A stretch of DNA of 64,000 nucleotides from a bacterium (GTDB lineage: Bacteria; Bacteroidota; Bacteroidia; UKL13-3): contig JAWXAZ010000010.1 in assembly GCA_034439755.1 (NCBI GenBank), positions 9,786 to 73,785 on the forward strand. Reading direction: 5' to 3'. Positions 59,466 to 64,000 of the stretch are shown here, one piece after another (positions within the stretch are counted from its first letter, which is position 1; each line of letters starts with the position of its first letter). The position numbers were made by a program, and so were the translations under genes. The notes beneath the pieces were generated by a model, which had not been told where the DNA came from, made no database searches, and worked only from the letters and a program-made list of their open reading frames with translations.

Positions 59466-60395
59466 ATGGACAATTTGAAAAGTTATATTTTACTAGTGTT
59501 TTTTCTGGCTACTGGATTGATAACCAGTGCTCAGCGGGTAGAGATAGGCTTAATGTTAGGTGGCTCAAACTATTTGGGTGATTTGAGTAATGAAAAGTTC
59601 TTGATGAAAGAATCTCATTTTTCTGCCTCGGTTTTTGGTAGATATAACTTTTCTCCAAAGTTTGCCATGAAGGGTTATTTTGGTTATGGCCGTGTTTCTG
59701 GCAACGATAAAAACTTCACAGATGTGAAGCGGGATTATGTTGTAAAAAATGTTGGTGTGGTTTCAAATTTTGAATTTAATAAGTTCCGCAACCTAAATTT
59801 CAGCTCAGATATTTATGAATTTTCTGTTCATGCAGAATATAATTTTCTTAAGAACGATTTAAATTCTTATGAAAGTAGACCATTTGTGCCTTATGCATTT
59901 ATTGGAATTGGCATTTTTAATTTTAATCCTAAATCTGATTACGGAAAAAACACCGTTGAATTGCAGCCTTTGGCTACCGAAGGCCAGGGTTCTACCAGTT
60001 ACAACGATATTAAGAAGTATGCACTTACCTCGGTTTGTTTGCCATTGGGTTTGGGATTTAGGCAAAAAATTGGGGACGATTTTTTCCTTGGCGTAGAAGG
60101 AGGCATTAGATTTACCAATACCAATTACTTAGATGATGTGGGCGGTTTGTATGGCGATAGGTCTGTAATTTATGGTGCAACTGGAAGGGCTGGCTTGTTT
60201 ATGTCGGATAGGTCGTGGGAGTTAAATCCGAATGCAGATCCAAATAACAGCAACCCAATGGCCGAAAATTTTGTATTTAGCGAAGGAGATAAAAGAAGCG
60301 ATAGAAGCTTAAACAAAACAGATATGTACTTTATGGCAGGAATAACCCTGTCTTACACCATCCGCTTTAGGGGGCAAGGCTGTCCAACATTCTAA
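59466..60395 (+). CDS. DUF6089 / PorG-like outer-membrane beta-barrel, paralog 1
   Basis: EIGLMLGGSNYLGDL, RNLNF and TNYLDDV; located between nadK and uppS. Confidence 0.8.
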   Translation: MDNLKSYILLVFFLATGLITSAQRVEIGLMLGGSNYLGDLSNEKFLMKESHFSASVFGRYNFSPKFAMKGYFGYGRVSGNDKNFTDVKRDYVVKNVGVVSNFEFNKFRNLNFSSDIYEFSVHAEYNFLKNDLNSYESRPFVPYAFIGIGIFNFNPKSDYGKNTVELQPLATEGQGSTSYNDIKKYALTSVCLPLGLGFRQKIGDDFFLGVEGGIRFTNTNYLDDVGGLYGDRSVIYGATGRAGLFMSDRSWELNPNADPNNSNPMAENFVFSEGDKRSDRSLNKTDMYFMAGITLSYTIRFRGQGCPTF

Positions 60396-60402
60396 AAATT
60401 AC

Positions 60403-61191
60403 ATGAGAAATTGGCTCTTTTTGACACTTATTTTTTGCACTTCCGCTGCATTTGCCCAACGTTTTGAGATAGGCATTCATGGAGGTGTGTGTAATTATTA
60501 TGGAGATTTGGCGCCAAGTGTAAAGTTAAATGAAACGCATGGTACTGGAGGCGTTTTTGCCCGTCTAAACATAAACCATACTTGGGCCCTAAGAACAGAA
60601 TTTAATCGGTTCAGGATTTCTGGTAATGATAAGAATTTTGAGTTTAACAAGGTTCGTAATTTGAGTTTTAGAACCAACATCAATGAGGCGGCTATGCTCA
60701 TGGAATTTAATTTTCTGAAATATGGTCCACATGTTTTGCATAAGAAGTTTACCTCTTTTGTTTATTTTGGAATTGCTGCTTTTAATTTTAATCCGCAGGC
60801 ATTTATGGGCGGAAAATGGTACGATTTAACTGATTATAAAACGGAGAATGTGTCTTATAAGACTTTGGGAATTGCCATTCCGTTTGGCATTGGGTTAAAG
60901 TATATGTTAAATAAGAAGTTTGCCTTTGAATGTCAAATGGGATTTAGAAAAACGTATACCGATTATTTGGATGATGTAAGCACGGTCTATCCCGATGTGC
61001 AAAGTAGGTTTACCGATAGTGGCTTAATAGGTGCTAAGTTAACCGATAGGTCTATTGAAACTTATGGTACACCTCAATATAAATTGGGATACAAGAGAGG
61101 AGATCCTGCGCAAAAGGATTGGTATATGAATTTTACAGTTGGGGTGTCTATGCGATTAAATACACGGAGTAAATGCGCAAGGTTTTTTTAG
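60403..61191 (+). CDS. DUF6089 / PorG-like outer-membrane beta-barrel, paralog 2
   Basis: EIGIHGGVCNYYGDL, RNLSF, TDYLDDV and DWY. Confidence 0.8.
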   Translation: MRNWLFLTLIFCTSAAFAQRFEIGIHGGVCNYYGDLAPSVKLNETHGTGGVFARLNINHTWALRTEFNRFRISGNDKNFEFNKVRNLSFRTNINEAAMLMEFNFLKYGPHVLHKKFTSFVYFGIAAFNFNPQAFMGGKWYDLTDYKTENVSYKTLGIAIPFGIGLKYMLNKKFAFECQMGFRKTYTDYLDDVSTVYPDVQSRFTDSGLIGAKLTDRSIETYGTPQYKLGYKRGDPAQKDWYMNFTVGVSMRLNTRSKCARFF

Positions 61192-61224
61192 GATAGAATG
61201 GTAGAAAAGAGTACAGGAGAAAAA

Positions 61225-61974
61225 ATGAGCTTGAAGGAAAAGTTAGACCCAACAAAAATGCCTAAACATATTGCCATTATTATGGATGGCAATGGAAGGT
61301 GGGCAAAGGGTAAAGGTAAGTTAAGAATTTTTGGTCACCACAACGGTGTTTCAACAGTTAAAACCATCACTGAGGCTTGTGCAGAGATTGGCGTTAAGTT
61401 TTTAACGCTTTATGCCTTTTCTACCGAAAATTGGAGTCGACCAGCATTTGAAGTGCGGGCGCTTATGGAGTTATTGGTAGATACCATGCGCAAGGAACTT
61501 CCTACTTTAATGAAGAATAATATTCGTTTATCCTTTATCGGTAATATGGCAGATTTACCTAGTAAATGCCAAAAGCAATTGCAGCTAACCATGGAAGAGA
61601 CGAAAGACAATAATCGCATGGATTTGGTGTTAGCACTGAGCTATAGCGCAAAATGGGATTTGGTTCAGGCCGTAAAAAAAATAGCCTTAGAAACCGCAGA
61701 AGGCAAGTTGAAAGCGGAGGATATAAATGACAAATTGATTGATGGATATTTGTCTACTCACTGGATGCCACACCCAGAATTAATGATTAGAACAAGTGGC
61801 GAAAAACGGATTAGTAACTTTTTGCTATGGGAAATCGCTTATAGTGAGTTGTATTTTACCGAAAAACTCTGGCCCGATTTTACCAAGGAGGATTTATATG
61901 ATGCCATATTCGACTATCAAAATAGAGAACGCAGATTCGGTAAAACCAGCGAACAAATTATCAGTAAGGCATGA
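61225..61974 (+). CDS. uppS: Undecaprenyl diphosphate synthase (alternative start at 61198)
   Basis: HIAIIMDGNGRWA, YAFSTENW, IRTSGEKRISNFLLW and RERRFG. Confidence 0.97.
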   Translation: MSLKEKLDPTKMPKHIAIIMDGNGRWAKGKGKLRIFGHHNGVSTVKTITEACAEIGVKFLTLYAFSTENWSRPAFEVRALMELLVDTMRKELPTLMKNNIRLSFIGNMADLPSKCQKQLQLTMEETKDNNRMDLVLALSYSAKWDLVQAVKKIALETAEGKLKAEDINDKLIDGYLSTHWMPHPELMIRTSGEKRISNFLLWEIAYSELYFTEKLWPDFTKEDLYDAIFDYQNRERRFGKTSEQIISKA

Positions 61975-64000
61975 GTAAAAGAAGTTTATTAGGGATATTA
62001 TTTATTTGGATTTTGCAAGGCACCTTGGTGTTTGGCCAGGATTCGAATGCGGTAAAACCTGCGTCGCCCTATTTTGAAATGAACTACAACAATCCCAAAC
62101 AATATATCATTGGAGGAATTGAAATTGTAGGCACAGAATATTACGACAAAAGTGTGTTGGCTGTTTTAAGTGGCTTGCAATTGGGACAAAAAATACGGAT
62201 TCCATCCGAAGATATTTCAAAAGCAATTGGGAAATTATGGCGTGAAAAGTTATTTGAAGACGTAAAAATTTCTGTTAAAAAAATTGAAGAGGATAAAGTT
62301 TATTTTGAGATTTATTTAAAGGAGAAGCCTAGGCTGTCTTCCTTTACCATTAAAGGTTTAAAAAAGGGTAAGGCCGAGGAATTAAGGGAAATACTAACTA
62401 TTAAAACGGGGCAAATTATTACCGAAAATGTGTTGAACAGCACCAACAGGGAAATTAAAAACTTCTTTGAGGAAAAGGGGTACCTGGACGCACATGCAAC
62501 TTTTGAACAAATTCCAGATGGTTTAAAGCGCAATATGGTTAAGTTAAGAATTAATGTGGTTAGGGGTGGTAAAATCCCCATTTCTAAACTGGAGTTTACG
62601 GGCAATTCTGCCATGGAATCTAGTAAGCTTAGAAAAGTAATGAAGGATACGAAGCCGAAGCGTTTCTTTTTTACAAAATCTAGGTATATCGAAGAAAAAT
62701 ATGTGGAAGATAAACAGAAAATTATCGACAAATATTTGAGTATGGGTTACCGCGATATTCAAGTGAGTTCTGATTCCGTTTGGCGTGATGCCAAGGGTGT
62801 GCGCATTCGCGTGAATTTATTTGAAGGCAAAAAGTACTTTTTTAGAAACATTTCATTTCTTGGAAACTCGAAATATAAAACAGAGGATTTGAATAAAATT
62901 CTTCGCATTAAAAGAGGCGATATTTATGACCAATCTGTCCTCGATCAGCGGTTAAATATGAGTCAGGATGGCAATGATATTAGCACGCTTTATATGGATG
63001 ATGGGTATTTGTTTTTTCGGGTGGAACCCATTGAAGTGCTCATAGAAAATGATTCCATTGATATTGAAATTAGAATTTCTGAAGGATCCCAGGCCTACAT
63101 TAATTCAGTAACTGTTAAAGGTAATTCTAAAACCAGCGACCATGTTGTTATTCGTGAGTTAAGAACAAAGCCAGGTATGTTGTTTAGTAGGAGTGATGTT
63201 ACCAGGTCTTTAAGGGAGCTATCGCAAATTGGGTATTTTAACCCAGAGGCATTAGGTGTAAACCCTGTGCCTAATCCTGTTACCGGAACAGTTGATATTG
63301 AATACAAAGTAGAAGAAAGACCCAATGATCAAATTGAGTTAAGCGGTGGCTGGGGTGCAGGATTTGTGGTTGGTACGCTGGGTTTAACCTTAAATAATTT
63401 TTCTGCACGTAAAGCTTTAAATGCCAAAAATTGGTCGCCCATTCCTAGTGGCGATGGGCAACGAGTATCCCTTAGAGCGCAAACCAATGGTAGTTTCTTC
63501 CAGTCCTATTCTGCCAGTTTTACAGAACCTTGGTTAGGTGGAAAGCGGCCAAATGCATTAACAGTTTCGGTCTATCATTCAATTCAATCTAATGGCAAGC
63601 AAGGCGAACTTCGCTCTGGATTATATACCACGGGTGCATCGGTAGGCTTAGGAAAGCGCCTCAGGTGGCCAGACGACTTTTTTACGTTGCAATATCAATT
63701 GGGTTACCAATTATACAACAATGATGCAGATCTTGCTGGCAATGTATATTGGACAAGTATTCCAACTGGTAAATCAAATAATTTAAGTTTTAAAATTATT
63801 CTTGGTCGTAATTCAACCAACCAAGTAATTTATCCAAGCGCAGGTTCAAACATTTCCTTGTCCTTGCAATTTACCCCGCCTTATTCTTTGTTCGATGGCG
63901 TAAATTATAAAAGTGCCGATGCCATTCAAAAGACAAAATGGTTAGAATTCTACAAATGGAAATTCGATGCCAGTTGGTTTACCAGAATCGCTGGTAACAA
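61971..64000 (+). CDS. bamA: Outer-membrane protein assembly factor BamA (5' part; runs off the window)
   Basis: ATG overlaps the uppS stop; signal peptide, POTRA repeats (GNSKY, GNSKTSDHVVIREL), barrel start ELSGGWG and SFTEPWLGG. Confidence 0.95.
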   Translation, partial: MSKRSLLGILFIWILQGTLVFGQDSNAVKPASPYFEMNYNNPKQYIIGGIEIVGTEYYDKSVLAVLSGLQLGQKIRIPSEDISKAIGKLWREKLFEDVKISVKKIEEDKVYFEIYLKEKPRLSSFTIKGLKKGKAEELREILTIKTGQIITENVLNSTNREIKNFFEEKGYLDAHATFEQIPDGLKRNMVKLRINVVRGGKIPISKLEFTGNSAMESSKLRKVMKDTKPKRFFFTKSRYIEEKYVEDKQKIIDKYLSMGYRDIQVSSDSVWRDAKGVRIRVNLFEGKKYFFRNISFLGNSKYKTEDLNKILRIKRGDIYDQSVLDQRLNMSQDGNDISTLYMDDGYLFFRVEPIEVLIENDSIDIEIRISEGSQAYINSVTVKGNSKTSDHVVIRELRTKPGMLFSRSDVTRSLRELSQIGYFNPEALGVNPVPNPVTGTVDIEYKVEERPNDQIELSGGWGAGFVVGTLGLTLNNFSARKALNAKNWSPIPSGDGQRVSLRAQTNGSFFQSYSASFTEPWLGGKRPNALTVSVYHSIQSNGKQGELRSGLYTTGASVGLGKRLRWPDDFFTLQYQLGYQLYNNDADLAGNVYWTSIPTGKSNNLSFKIILGRNSTNQVIYPSAGSNISLSLQFTPPYSLFDGVNYKSADAIQKTKWLEFYKWKFDASWFTRIAGN

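Overview
64-kb chromosomal window from an AT-rich Bacteroidota genome (TAnnTTTG promoter elements, T9SS C-terminal domain proteins, fused ccoNO, nadK-porG-like-uppS-bamA order). It is mostly housekeeping: dtd, rsgA, crcB, xerD, nadC, hutH, hisS, deoC, secA, proS, aroQ, rlmD, murB, a cbb3 oxidase locus and the start of bamA. The main non-routine signals are: (1) a 14-15 bp quasi-palindromic motif TTGGTTCARACCGA(A) with 7 exact and at least 4 one-mismatch copies, in intergenic DNA and inside unrelated genes in different reading frames; (2) an accessory module directly after the SRP RNA gene, made of a 12.5-copy 25-bp tandem array and an ATPase-wHTH-PD-(D/E)XK gene flanked by three 48-bp inverted-repeat sites (15-18-15); (3) a collapsed TolC/ABC-permease pseudogene behind an intact TetR gene; (4) two promoters in the cbb3 locus with identically placed tandem Crp/Fnr-type boxes. 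All calls were made by eye from the sequence and the ORF track; no database searches were run.
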